DNA of 64,000 nucleotides from Patescibacteria group bacterium (GCA_041671325.1 JBAZBR010000001.1:221332-285331), one strand, 5' to 3'; positions 18,774 through 27,926 are shown, counted from the stretch's first letter. Notes: generated by a model from the letters alone, not told the origin. Numbers and translations: made by a program.

Positions 18774-18802
18774 AGTATAACCGAAATAAAACCGAAAATC
18801 AA
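18774..18802 (-). promoter_or_regulatory. lexA promoter with LexA box (18781-18796) in the spacer
   Basis: Minus strand TTGATT-TTCGGttttatTTCGGt-TATACT, 17-nt spacer. Confidence 0.82.
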
Positions 18803-18872
18803 TTAAAAATACAATAATTTTGAATGTTTTATGAGGTTTATTTATGAAACGTGATTTTTTAACAAAAAGTCC

Positions 18873-18958
18873 TGTGGATAACTTTTGAAGTTAAAATAAG
18901 CTTAAAATCCGCATTTTAGATTAAACGGTATTGGTGATTATCTGGTTTATGTGGATAA
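18873..18958 (-). promoter_or_regulatory. Two perfect DnaA boxes
   Basis: TGTGGATAA at 18873-18881 and 18950-18958 (reverse complement of TTATCCACA). Confidence 0.65.
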
Positions 18959-18964
18959 ACCGCC

Positions 18965-18993
18965 TTGACAGCAGGTTTTTTGCACCTTATGCT
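18965..18993 (+). promoter_or_regulatory. Sigma70 promoter of the candidate large ncRNA
   Basis: TTGACA-17 nt-TATGCT. Confidence 0.75.
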
Positions 18994-18999
18994 GTAATT

Positions 19000-19405
19000 C
19001 CTAAAAAGAGAAAACCAAAAGAGTATTGAACTAGCCAGTGGCTAGTCAGATTAAAAAGTCGGTCGGAACATGATTCTGGATCTTCTTCAGCCTTCGGGCT
19101 ACCAATACCCAGAGCGCGGTAGCGTCACTTGTCTAATAGGGCTCACTCCTCTTAAATTAGTTGCGGTACGCGTATTCATGTTTTTTCTGCGGTTTGCCCA
19201 GATGGTTAACCCAGAGAAAGCGCATAGCAAGCGTATATGTTTGCCATTCCCATGAATGGCCAGAGTATCAGGTTTTACCTGAATTGCCCTTTAAAAAAGG
19301 CATTTCAACAGAGGTCAAAACCTGACCTTTGAATGACTAACCGCTTCTAGCGTATTCCAGTCCGACTTGTATGGGGGCCTTCCTTTGCGTCGGCCCCCTT
19401 TTTTT
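19000..19405 (+). ncRNA. Candidate large structured non-coding RNA, family unassigned
   Basis: Closing helix 19056-19080/19346-19368, at least 8 internal hairpins including a cUUCGg tetraloop, own promoter and terminator, no credible ORF. Confidence 0.7.
19373..19405 (+). terminator. Intrinsic terminator
   Basis: GGGGGCC...GGCCCCC followed by T7. Confidence 0.85.
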
Positions 19406-19440
19406 ATTATTTGATTAATACAAGTGCTAAAATGAAGTAT

Positions 19441-20355
19441 ATGCAAAAAGCAACTTGGTTTTTAGGAATAGACGGTGGCGGGACTAAAACCGAAGCCCTG
19501 CTTGGTTATGGTAAGCGGGTTGCTTGGGGAAAAGCTGGTCCATCAAACCCGCGCGCGGTTGGTTTCGCAGAAGCTGCGAAGAATGTGAAGGCCGCTATCA
19601 TTTCAGCAGAGAAGCAACTTGGACAAAGACGTTTATATAAAGCCGTGATTGGCTTGGCTGGGATGGATACGCCTCGGGACATTGCGACAATGCACCGCGC
19701 GCTGAGCAAGGCGCTTCGTGGAATGCTGGCGCCAAACTGGAAGCTGGTTAATGATATTATCATCGCGCTTCGATCAGGTACGGACGCAAAGCATGCCGCA
19801 GTTGTAATCGCCGGCACTGGTTCAAACGCTTATGCTTATGGGCCAAGAGGCGTTGCCCGGGCAAGCGGCCGTGGCCATCGTCTGGCAGATGAAGGTTCAG
19901 GCTATGCACAAGGCCTTGCCGCGCTGCATGCCGTGACTAAAGCCGATGATGGGCGGGGGCCAGCCACCAAGCTGACACCTCTGATACTCGAACATTTTAA
20001 AGTGCATAAACCCGTTAATTTGGTTCAGATCGTTTACCAGGCTGGATTTGGCAAACCGCAAATCGCCGCGCTTGCCCCGCTTGTGCAAACTGCCGCCGAA
20101 AAAGGGGATAAGGCGGCAAAAAATATTCTTGCTGATGCCGCTCGTGAGCTGGCGATCCTCGCCTCGACAGTCGTACGGAAAAGTGGTTTGCAGCAAAAAG
20201 CTTTCCCACTTATAACAATTGGCGGGATTTTCAAGTGCCCAATTGTTATTCCAGCAATTTTTAAAAAAGGCGTTAAGCAAATTGCGCCTAAGGTAAGTTT
20301 TATCATGCCAAAACCCCGACCGGCTTACGGCGCCTGGCTAATGGCAGGTAAATAG
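19441..20355 (+). CDS. BadF/BadG/BcrA/BcrD-type ATPase (amino-sugar/GlcNAc kinase-like)
   Basis: LGIDGGGTKT, GLAGMD, VND, VIAGTGS, GRGHRLADEGSG. Confidence 0.88.
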   Translation: MQKATWFLGIDGGGTKTEALLGYGKRVAWGKAGPSNPRAVGFAEAAKNVKAAIISAEKQLGQRRLYKAVIGLAGMDTPRDIATMHRALSKALRGMLAPNWKLVNDIIIALRSGTDAKHAAVVIAGTGSNAYAYGPRGVARASGRGHRLADEGSGYAQGLAALHAVTKADDGRGPATKLTPLILEHFKVHKPVNLVQIVYQAGFGKPQIAALAPLVQTAAEKGDKAAKNILADAARELAILASTVVRKSGLQQKAFPLITIGGIFKCPIVIPAIFKKGVKQIAPKVSFIMPKPRPAYGAWLMAGK

Positions 20356-20362
20356 TTCTTTG

Positions 20363-21118
20363 ATGGGCAGGAATAAATTTGGAATTATTATTTTATGCAC
20401 TATAGTATTTTTTGGGCTTTGCGTTTATTTAATAAAGTCAAATAAGAAATTAATGCCGGAAAAAATAAACTTTCTAACTGAAGATAAAGTCACCATAATC
20501 GGGGATTATTATAACGCCAAAAGCAGTCGGGTGGCCTTGCTTTTGCATATGATGCCAGCAACCAAAGAAAGCTGGCAGGCTTTCGCTGAAGGTTTGTTGG
20601 AAAAAGAAATTAGTTCCTTAGCCATTGATTTACGCGGTCACGGGCAAAGCCTTGACCAAATTGGCCAGGTTTTAAATTATCAGAATTTTGGAGATCTCCA
20701 GCATCAAGCCAGCGCTAAAGACGTGGAAGCGGCTTTAACTTGGCTAAAAAATCGCGGATTTAAAGAAAATAATATAGCCATTGTCGGTGCTAGTATTGGG
20801 GCAAACTTAGCCCTTCAAGAAATGGGTTATAAGCCGGAATATAAGATTGTGGTTGCAATTTCTGCGGGTTCGGACTATCGTGGAATTCAGCCCGCGCCTT
20901 TTATTTCGTCATATAAATCCAACCAGCGGATATTATTCATAGCCAGCCATGAAGATACTGAATCGGCAATCGCCAGCCAAAGTTTTTTTGACCAGACCCA
21001 AGCCCAGAAAAAATTAATCATGCTGGATAATGCCGGGCATGGCACAAATATTTTTTTAAATTCACCGCAAACGCTTGCAGATGCAATTTCTTGGCTAAAC
21101 CTAAACTTACCAAAATGA
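20363..21118 (+). CDS. Alpha/beta-fold hydrolase
   Basis: DLRGHGQS, GASIG nucleophile elbow, GHGT. Confidence 0.88.
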   Translation: MGRNKFGIIILCTIVFFGLCVYLIKSNKKLMPEKINFLTEDKVTIIGDYYNAKSSRVALLLHMMPATKESWQAFAEGLLEKEISSLAIDLRGHGQSLDQIGQVLNYQNFGDLQHQASAKDVEAALTWLKNRGFKENNIAIVGASIGANLALQEMGYKPEYKIVVAISAGSDYRGIQPAPFISSYKSNQRILFIASHEDTESAIASQSFFDQTQAQKKLIMLDNAGHGTNIFLNSPQTLADAISWLNLNLPK

Positions 21119-21441
21119 TTTTAAATGATTTAAGTCAAAAAATAATCAACCAAGTGTTTTCTTTTTATGCTAAAGCCATAAATTTGGAATCACCGGCAAT
21201 ACCGACAATTGAAGAAGTAAAGCTTTCGATAGCAGGTGACACCAAGCGTTTTGTCTACTTCCCACCAACGAAAAGTTTAATTTCTGCTGAATTGTGGCTG
21301 ACTGAAGATTCAAACAAAAACATTTTTTTTACTTTTGCCATCCCGAGTGATTTGACTAAAACCAAAACAGAAAAAGCTGAAGAAGCAAAGAAGGTGTTTG
21401 ATAAGGAGCTGCAACAGTTTTTGGTGGATTACTATATTTAA
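21115..21441 (+). CDS. Hypothetical protein
   Basis: ATG overlaps the upstream stop codon; operon-like arrangement. Confidence 0.6.
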   Translation: MILNDLSQKIINQVFSFYAKAINLESPAIPTIEEVKLSIAGDTKRFVYFPPTKSLISAELWLTEDSNKNIFFTFAIPSDLTKTKTEKAEEAKKVFDKELQQFLVDYYI

Positions 21442-21486
21442 GCCAAATGTGATATTTTATAAGCATCAAGATTAATTGGAAAAAAT

Positions 21487-21891
21487 ATGTCAACCAGAAG
21501 CACTTTGTATTTAAAATCAGCCGTAATCATTTTAATTTCTGGCTTTTTGGTCTTTGGACTTTCTGCTTGCAAAAAGAATTCAGGTAATCAAAATTCTAAC
21601 AGCTCGACAAATTCAGTTAAGGCAACGCCAAAAAGCCCCGGTTTGGTTTTTAGCGCAGAACCCAATAAAGGCCCAGTTAACGGCGGGACAACAGTAAAAT
21701 TTACTGGCGAAGGCATCCAAGGGAATTTAAAGGTTTTATTTGGAGAAAATGAAGCTACAGACGTGGTGGTAAAAAGCGATAAGGAAATAGAGTGCAAAAC
21801 CCCGGCCGGGAAAAAGGGTAAAGTTAACGTAACCCTTAAAGCTGAAGCAGGCACGGTGACAACCCTGGAACAAGCCTTTACCTACGAATAA
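21487..21891 (+). CDS. IPT/TIG-domain lipoprotein
   Basis: LSAC lipobox; PNKGPVNGGTTV..TG, VLFG, IECKTP, AFTY. Confidence 0.85.
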   Translation: MSTRSTLYLKSAVIILISGFLVFGLSACKKNSGNQNSNSSTNSVKATPKSPGLVFSAEPNKGPVNGGTTVKFTGEGIQGNLKVLFGENEATDVVVKSDKEIECKTPAGKKGKVNVTLKAEAGTVTTLEQAFTYE

Positions 21892-21957
21892 GACTGCAGT
21901 ATAATCCGAATTCATGCTTTAGGCCAAACCTAGGTGTAAAAATTTTTTATATATCCC

Positions 21958-23454
21958 ATGCTTTCAAAAAAATTTGAATATCGCATCTATCGAATCTTAG
22001 AAATCATCCCTGGCGCTATGGTTTGGGTAACTTTTTTGTTGGCCCTTGGCTTGTCTTTTATAAATCCGCTTTTTGTCATTGCTTTTATAATCGTTTTTGA
22101 CGCGCTTTGGCTTGCCCGGATAAGCTATTTGTTGATTTACCTGTTAGCCGCATATTTTAAGTTTAGGAAAGAAAGCAAAAAAGACTGGCTAAGCTTGGCT
22201 CAGGCCCAAAATGGTTTTGGGGATTTGATGCACTTAATTTTTTTGCCGACATATAAGGAACCCGAAGTGGTGATTGATCAAACTCTGGAAAGCTTGACTA
22301 AAATTCAATATCCAGCCAAAAAACTTTTTGTGGTCTTGTGCGGCGAAGAGAAAGACAAAGAAAATTTTTTGAATATAGCCGGCAAGATGGAAAGTAAGTA
22401 CCAGGATGCCTTTTTTAAATTATTAGTTACTTTGCATCCTCAGGATGTCCCGGGTGAAGTGGCTGGCAAGGGCGCCAATACTGCTTACGCCGGGAAAATT
22501 GCCAAAGGCATAATTGACGAATTGCAGATTGCTTATGAAAAAATCGTGGTTTCTTCTTTTGATGTTGATACCGTGGTTCACCCCCAATATTTTGCCTGTT
22601 TGGCTTACCACTATTTGACTGTGCCTAAACCAACTCGCACCAGCTATCAGCCTCTGGCGCTTTATAACAATAATGTCTGGCAGTCGCCATTTTTAATGCG
22701 CGTGGTTTCCATGTCCACGACTTTTTGGCTCTTGACCGAACAAATGCGGCCAGAAAGGTTATTTACCTTTTCTTCCCACTCTATGTCGTTTAAGGCTTTA
22801 GTAGACGTGGGTTTTTGGCAAAGCGACATTGTCACTGAAGATTCCCGGATCTGCGTGCAGGGCATAATTGAATATGACGGCGATTACCGGGTTCAGCCCA
22901 TGTTCATTCCGCTCTCCATGGATACGGTTATGGGACAGAATTTAAAAAGCAGCTTGTCGAATCAATACAAACAGGTCCGTCGCTGGGCTTATGGCGTCGA
23001 AAATTTTCCCTTTATGGCTTGGAATTTTTGGGGCAATAAAAACATAAAATTTTTAAAAAAATTCAGGTATATTTATAACCAGCTAGAAGGCATTTATTCC
23101 TGGGCTACGGCGCCGATTTTAATTTTTGTTTTGGGCCGATTACCGATTGCCATCGCTAACCATCGGGGCTTAAATTCGGCAATCATCCAAAATACGCCTC
23201 ATATCTTGTCTATTTTAATGACCGTATCCATGATCGGCTTGTTAGCTTCGGCTTTTATCAGTTTAACTTTGCTCCCGCCAAAACCAACAATTGTTCCACG
23301 CTGGCATTGGGTGATCATGTTCGCCCAATGGATATTTTTCCCCATTACCATGATAATATTTGGTTCCATCCCAGCCACTGATGCAGTTACCAGGTTGATG
23401 CTGGGAAAATACTTGGGTTTTCAGGTTACGGAAAAATTCCGGAAAAAAAATTAG
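21958..23454 (+). CDS. Membrane glycosyltransferase family 2
   Basis: LPTYKE, GKGAN, FDVD, VTEDS, QVRRW; flanking TM helices. Confidence 0.9.
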   Translation: MLSKKFEYRIYRILEIIPGAMVWVTFLLALGLSFINPLFVIAFIIVFDALWLARISYLLIYLLAAYFKFRKESKKDWLSLAQAQNGFGDLMHLIFLPTYKEPEVVIDQTLESLTKIQYPAKKLFVVLCGEEKDKENFLNIAGKMESKYQDAFFKLLVTLHPQDVPGEVAGKGANTAYAGKIAKGIIDELQIAYEKIVVSSFDVDTVVHPQYFACLAYHYLTVPKPTRTSYQPLALYNNNVWQSPFLMRVVSMSTTFWLLTEQMRPERLFTFSSHSMSFKALVDVGFWQSDIVTEDSRICVQGIIEYDGDYRVQPMFIPLSMDTVMGQNLKSSLSNQYKQVRRWAYGVENFPFMAWNFWGNKNIKFLKKFRYIYNQLEGIYSWATAPILIFVLGRLPIAIANHRGLNSAIIQNTPHILSILMTVSMIGLLASAFISLTLLPPKPTIVPRWHWVIMFAQWIFFPITMIIFGSIPATDAVTRLMLGKYLGFQVTEKFRKKN

Positions 23455-23461
23455 AAATATG

Positions 23462-23496
23462 AAAAAACCCACCAGTCATTTGACTGGTGGGTTTTT
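23462..23496. terminator. Bidirectional terminator
   Basis: AAAAAACCCACCAGTCA-T-TTGACTGGTGGGTTTTT between convergent genes. Confidence 0.85.
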
Positions 23497-24243
23497 AAAA
23501 AGGTCTTTGTATTTCTCAAGTTGCTTCTGGGCGTTCTTTGCGGCCAGAGTGCCTTTGTAATTTGTTTTGACATCTGTCCACATATCCTGAGCAAGCTTTA
23601 ATGCCGCTTCGGAATTGCCACCGACTTTTAGTTCAACCTTGCCCATATTGAGCAGAATTGTGCCACGCACTTCAGCATCAAAAAAGCTTTCATAAGGCGA
23701 AGGGTTGAGTATTTCCTCACCATCGCAGTAGAGCATGAGCGCTTGGGAAATTTTCAAGCATCGGTTCCAAAAATACTCAGCGCTATCCAGCCGGTCAGCT
23801 TCGACAAAAAGGTTGGCAGCCAAAAATTGGACCGTGAAATCATCCGGATTGCGCTGGGCTAAAGTGTCAAGCCTATAGAAGGCCTGGGTTACCCTGGATT
23901 TGGTATTGCCAAAGAATTTTTGTACAAAGCCATCTTCTTTTGCCCGGACAGCTTTAGCGATGCAGAGATAAGCTTCGGTTGACGGCAGGCTGTCAAACCG
24001 CAAAGCTTTTTCAAGGTTCGCAATCGCCGAATCAGCGTCAGCTTTTTTGTTGTCGCTATGGTTTAAAAAAGCTTGGTTTATGTACAAAACCCCACGTTCT
24101 CGGAAGTGTTCAGAATCATTTGGCAAGCAAGCAATCAGCGAATCAGCTTGGGTTCCGGCAATGGTGCAGATTTGTTCGCTGGCTGAAAGGTTTGGACAAA
24201 AAAGCCAAAACAGCAAGAATGAAATGAAAACTTTAGTTTTCAT
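23476..24243 (-). CDS. Secreted TPR-like helical protein
   Basis: Signal peptide; AIANLEKAL; C-terminal W..V..NYKGT.AAKNAQKQL. Confidence 0.65.
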   Translation of the reverse strand: MKTKVFISFLLFWLFCPNLSASEQICTIAGTQADSLIACLPNDSEHFRERGVLYINQAFLNHSDNKKADADSAIANLEKALRFDSLPSTEAYLCIAKAVRAKEDGFVQKFFGNTKSRVTQAFYRLDTLAQRNPDDFTVQFLAANLFVEADRLDSAEYFWNRCLKISQALMLYCDGEEILNPSPYESFFDAEVRGTILLNMGKVELKVGGNSEAALKLAQDMWTDVKTNYKGTLAAKNAQKQLEKYKDLFKNPPVK

Positions 24244-24341
24244 GAAATCCCTTCTTTTTGTAAGATCGATTTTATTTTCTAATGACTTTAGCAGTTTATG
24301 GCAAGCTAGTCAAGACCCTAAAAAACAATTACCATTAAAAC

Positions 24342-25376
24342 ATGCGCAGATTTTCCGGAGTCTTAATCATTATTATCAGCACCATAATTGGCTTTGGCGT
24401 AATTTTGGGTTGGTCATTCAGGTTATCAATATTGAAAAGCGAAACCTGGAAAGAAGCTTTGCAACAAGCCAAGATTTACGACCATTTAGTTTCAGATTTG
24501 ACGGTTTCCATAATTGACAGCAGTGAATCGAAAAATGAGGTTTTAGCCAATGCGCCAGTTACCTCAGCTGAAGCGGCTGATTTGGTTAATGCAGTCATTA
24601 CCCCCGTTTATTTGCAGACCCAAGTTGAAAAAACCCTGGATTTGACTTTTGATATTATTTTCAGCCGGACTGATTTTAATTCCGCGAAATTAGAAATTCC
24701 TCTTCAGGACATCAAAAACCGTCTGCCAGTGGCTGTTCAGGAATTATTGATTAAAAAAATCAACAAACTGCCAATCTGTACTACAGCACAACTGAAGGAA
24801 TTCGAAAAACAAAAAACCCTTGATACGGTTTTGCCTCCCTGTAAGCCAAAAGGCATGGATGCCAGGAGCATTGTCAATGAATCCTTGAAAATTGAAGAAA
24901 TTACCAAACAGATCCCGGAGACAATTGATATCATTGCAGAAATCAAGAAAACCCAGGAAGACTCTGACAGCCAAAATTCATTAAACGAGGTCATTGTCAA
25001 AATCCAAGACATTGCCAAACTTTCCTTAAAATACCATTTATTCGCAACTTGCATTTGGCTTGGCTTGCTGGTTATATTATTCTTGATTTTCTTACCAAGC
25101 TTGCGGCGGTGCTTTCGCTGGTTTTCAATCGGCCTTTTTATACCAAATTTTTTATTAATTATTGGAGCCAGTGTTGGCCGGAACAGAATATCTGAAATTA
25201 CCATTAAAACCGATGCCACTAATGAAATTTTGGTGAGGAATATTACGCCCATTATCCAAAACTTAGCCACCCAAACAGTCTCTCAAGTGCAAAAATTGGC
25301 TTTGATCGGTTTAGTTGCCAGCCTGGTCCTATTTGCGATACAATTTGTTTGGCCGCCTAAAAAATCAATTAAATAA
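24342..25376 (+). CDS. Hypothetical membrane protein
   Basis: N-terminal TM, large loop with LPIC...LPPCKP, three C-terminal TM helices. Confidence 0.7.
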   Translation: MRRFSGVLIIIISTIIGFGVILGWSFRLSILKSETWKEALQQAKIYDHLVSDLTVSIIDSSESKNEVLANAPVTSAEAADLVNAVITPVYLQTQVEKTLDLTFDIIFSRTDFNSAKLEIPLQDIKNRLPVAVQELLIKKINKLPICTTAQLKEFEKQKTLDTVLPPCKPKGMDARSIVNESLKIEEITKQIPETIDIIAEIKKTQEDSDSQNSLNEVIVKIQDIAKLSLKYHLFATCIWLGLLVILFLIFLPSLRRCFRWFSIGLFIPNFLLIIGASVGRNRISEITIKTDATNEILVRNITPIIQNLATQTVSQVQKLALIGLVASLVLFAIQFVWPPKKSIK

Positions 25377-25382
25377 ATTATT

Positions 25383-25838
25383 ATGACTGATACTAATCCA
25401 TCCGTTCATTCCATAGACCCGACTGAAAAAAAATTAAAACAGGAAACAATGCATCACGCGATTTGGTTCTTGTTAGTAGTTGTAATTGTTGCGGTTTTTG
25501 GGTTTGGCTTGTTAAAAGGCGCTTGGCAGCAAATGACCCGGTCCAAATATTACCAAGCCGTGCACCTGACCAATGGCCAGATATTTTTTGGCAAACTGCA
25601 AGCCTGGAATCACAAAGAAGTCTTATTAACCCAAGTTTATTATTTACAAACCACTGAAGCTGCAACTGATAATAAGAATGCTAATACCAACACTTCTTCC
25701 CAATTCAGCCTAGTTAAGCTTGGCAATGAATTGCACGGACCACTAAACCGGATTTACATCAATAAAAGCCAAATTGTTTACACCGAAGATTTAAAAAATG
25801 ATTCGCAGGTTACCAAGGCGATTTTAGGCAATAAATAA
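25383..25838 (+). CDS. Conserved membrane-anchored hypothetical protein
   Basis: TM helix, then YQAVHLTNGQIFFGKL...LVKLGNELHGP. Confidence 0.75.
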   Translation: MTDTNPSVHSIDPTEKKLKQETMHHAIWFLLVVVIVAVFGFGLLKGAWQQMTRSKYYQAVHLTNGQIFFGKLQAWNHKEVLLTQVYYLQTTEAATDNKNANTNTSSQFSLVKLGNELHGPLNRIYINKSQIVYTEDLKNDSQVTKAILGNK

Positions 25839-25842
25839 ATCA

Positions 25843-26862
25843 ATGAATAAAAAAATTTTATTAACAGGCGATCGGCCTACCGGTAAGCTGCACCTCGGCC
25901 ATTATGTCGGCAGCCTGGCTAACCGCTTGAAGTTTCAAAAAGAATATAACTGTTTTTTTATCATAGCTGATTACCAGGTTTTAACCGACCATTTGCAAGA
26001 TACCAAGCAAGTTCCGCAAAACGTGGAAGAGGTGATTTTAGATTGGCTTTCGATTGGCCTTGATCCTAAGCAAAGCACATTCTTCATCCAATCAGCCGTG
26101 CCGCAATTGGCTGAGCTGACCATGTATTTTTCCATGTTGGTGACTATTGCGCGTCTGCGCCGAAATCCCACCATAAAATCCGAAGCCCAAAATGTCCGGG
26201 TTGATTCAAATAAGGACAATATCACTTATGGTTTTTTGGGCTACCCAGTTTCCCAAGCGGCTGACATCTTGTTATTCCGACCAGATATCGTGCCAGTAGG
26301 CGAAGACCAATTGCCGCATATTGAACAGACCCGGGAGATTGCGGATAAGTTCAATTCGCTTTTTGGCAAGGTTTTTAAATTACCCAAAGCCATAGTCAGT
26401 GAAAATTCCAGGCTGCCGGGCTTGGACGGCAAGAATAAAATGAGCAAGAGTTTGGGCAACGCAATTTATCTTTCGGATTCAGCAGATGAAGTTAAGAAAA
26501 AAGTTATGACTGCTTACACTGACCCGACCCGGATCCGGGCCACTGACCCAGGTCATTTGCAGGGGAATGTAGTTTTTACTTATTTAGACGCATTTCATCC
26601 AAATAAGAAAGAATTGAACTTATTAAAGCAGCGTTACCAAAAAGGCCAAGTAGGGGACGTGGAAGTTAAAAAGATATTAATCGATGTTTTAAATGATTTC
26701 TTGGATCCAATCCACAAGAGAAGACAGGAATTTGAAAAGAATAAGAAATATTTAAAAACTATTTTGACTGAGGGTTGTGAGCAGGCTAGGGCAGTGGGCG
26801 AAAAAACTATGGTCGAGGTGCGTAAAGCCGTACATTACGATTATCCGGAGTTGCTGGGGTAG
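25843..26862 (+). CDS. trpS: Tryptophan--tRNA ligase
   Basis: TGDRPTGKLHLGHY, YPVSQAADI, VPVGEDQ, KMSKS. Confidence 0.98.
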   Translation: MNKKILLTGDRPTGKLHLGHYVGSLANRLKFQKEYNCFFIIADYQVLTDHLQDTKQVPQNVEEVILDWLSIGLDPKQSTFFIQSAVPQLAELTMYFSMLVTIARLRRNPTIKSEAQNVRVDSNKDNITYGFLGYPVSQAADILLFRPDIVPVGEDQLPHIEQTREIADKFNSLFGKVFKLPKAIVSENSRLPGLDGKNKMSKSLGNAIYLSDSADEVKKKVMTAYTDPTRIRATDPGHLQGNVVFTYLDAFHPNKKELNLLKQRYQKGQVGDVEVKKILIDVLNDFLDPIHKRRQEFEKNKKYLKTILTEGCEQARAVGEKTMVEVRKAVHYDYPELLG

Positions 26863-26885
26863 CTGAAATGCTTAGGATCAAAAAG

Positions 26886-26929
26886 GAGATTGCCACGTCG
26901 TCCCGCAGTCGCGGGACTTCTCGCAATGA
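26886..26929 (+). repeat. REP-like element GAGATTGCCACG...CTCGCAATGA
   Basis: Same family, in opposite orientation, as GTCATTGCGAG...CGCGGCAATCT at 36158-36197. Confidence 0.7.
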
Positions 26930-26999
26930 TAGGGGAAGGTTTTTGATAAATATTTTTTTAATCATTTATTGTTTGGGTTTTATGATTTAGTATTTGTAT

Positions 27000-27812
27000 A
27001 TGTTTAATATAGGTTACCGGACAATTTATCAAAAAGATATCCGTTTTGCCATAAAAGAAGCAAAAAAGAACGACTTTAAGGTTATTGAAATACATTTAAC
27101 CTCACCTCAGTTTAGTCCCTTTAAATATTCCTTAAAAGAATTAAAATTAATAAAGTATTTTGCTGCACGAGAAGACATTATTTTGCAAGTTCATGCTCCC
27201 TTAGAGCAGTCATTAATCTTTACTAATAAACAATTAAGAATTGGTGCGAAAAGACAGTTAGAGGAAATGATCAAGTTCGGTAGAAACTTAGGTGTAAAAT
27301 GTCTTACTTTGCATCCAGGTAAGGCGGCAATATATCATTTTGCTGATGGCAAGAAGGTGAAAGATGATGATGTCTACCCAAAATTTTATGGGGGACTTTT
27401 TGAGGATAGTATTAAGCATATTGTATCTATTGTCCCGAAAGATTTTTTTGTCTGTATTGAAAACACCGATAATTTCACTTCTCAATACCAAAAAGTCTTA
27501 AATAAATACTTGCCAAGCGGTAAATTATTTTTGACTTGGGATATAAGAAAAAATTATTCTTATAAAACTAATAAGTTGATTAAGGAACAATGGGGATTTA
27601 TCCAGAGGAATAAAGACTATGTAAAAAATTTGCATGTTAGCGGTTTCAGTATAACTCATGGGGAAATTAAGGGCTGGGAAAAAAGATTAGATAGGTTTAT
27701 TGGTCTGTTTGGAAATAGGAGATTATCGTTAATTATCGAAATTATGCCTCTCAAATATGCTCTTGAGGCAAAAAAAATAATAATTAAGACTGTAAACAGA
27801 CTAGGGCAGTAG
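27000..27812 (+). CDS. Xylose-isomerase-like/AP-endonuclease-2 TIM-barrel protein (inserted, AT-rich)
   Basis: VHAP, TLHPG, CIENT, TWDI, LHVS and IIEI motifs. Confidence 0.8.
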   Translation: MFNIGYRTIYQKDIRFAIKEAKKNDFKVIEIHLTSPQFSPFKYSLKELKLIKYFAAREDIILQVHAPLEQSLIFTNKQLRIGAKRQLEEMIKFGRNLGVKCLTLHPGKAAIYHFADGKKVKDDDVYPKFYGGLFEDSIKHIVSIVPKDFFVCIENTDNFTSQYQKVLNKYLPSGKLFLTWDIRKNYSYKTNKLIKEQWGFIQRNKDYVKNLHVSGFSITHGEIKGWEKRLDRFIGLFGNRRLSLIIEIMPLKYALEAKKIIIKTVNRLGQ

Positions 27813-27877
27813 GGAAAGAAACCATGCAAGAGGTGCGTAAAGCCGTGCATTATGACTATCCCGAGTTGTTGAAGTAG
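27791..27877 (+). pseudogene. Stranded duplicate of the trpS 3' end
   Basis: Encodes CKQTRAVGKETMQEVRKAVHYDYPELLK* versus trpS CEQARAVGEKTMVEVRKAVHYDYPELLG*. Confidence 0.9.
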
Positions 27878-27899
27878 ATCAAAAGCAAAAAATATTTAG

Positions 27900-27926
27900 A
27901 AGTCCCGGTCAGAGCCGGGACTTTTT
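27900..27926 (+). terminator. Intrinsic terminator after the trpS duplicate
   Basis: AAGTCCCGG-TCAGAG-CCGGGACTTTTT. Confidence 0.8.

Noticed and set aside
18840-18960. Replication origin
   Set aside because: Only two DnaA boxes, no dnaA or dnaN nearby and no evident DUE repeats
19070-19255. 61-aa ORF inside the structured region
   Set aside because: No SD or recognisable motif, and it covers only part of a unit better explained by RNA structure
19000-19405. RNase P RNA, tmRNA, SRP RNA or T-box
   Set aside because: Diagnostic conserved sequences were not found on either strand
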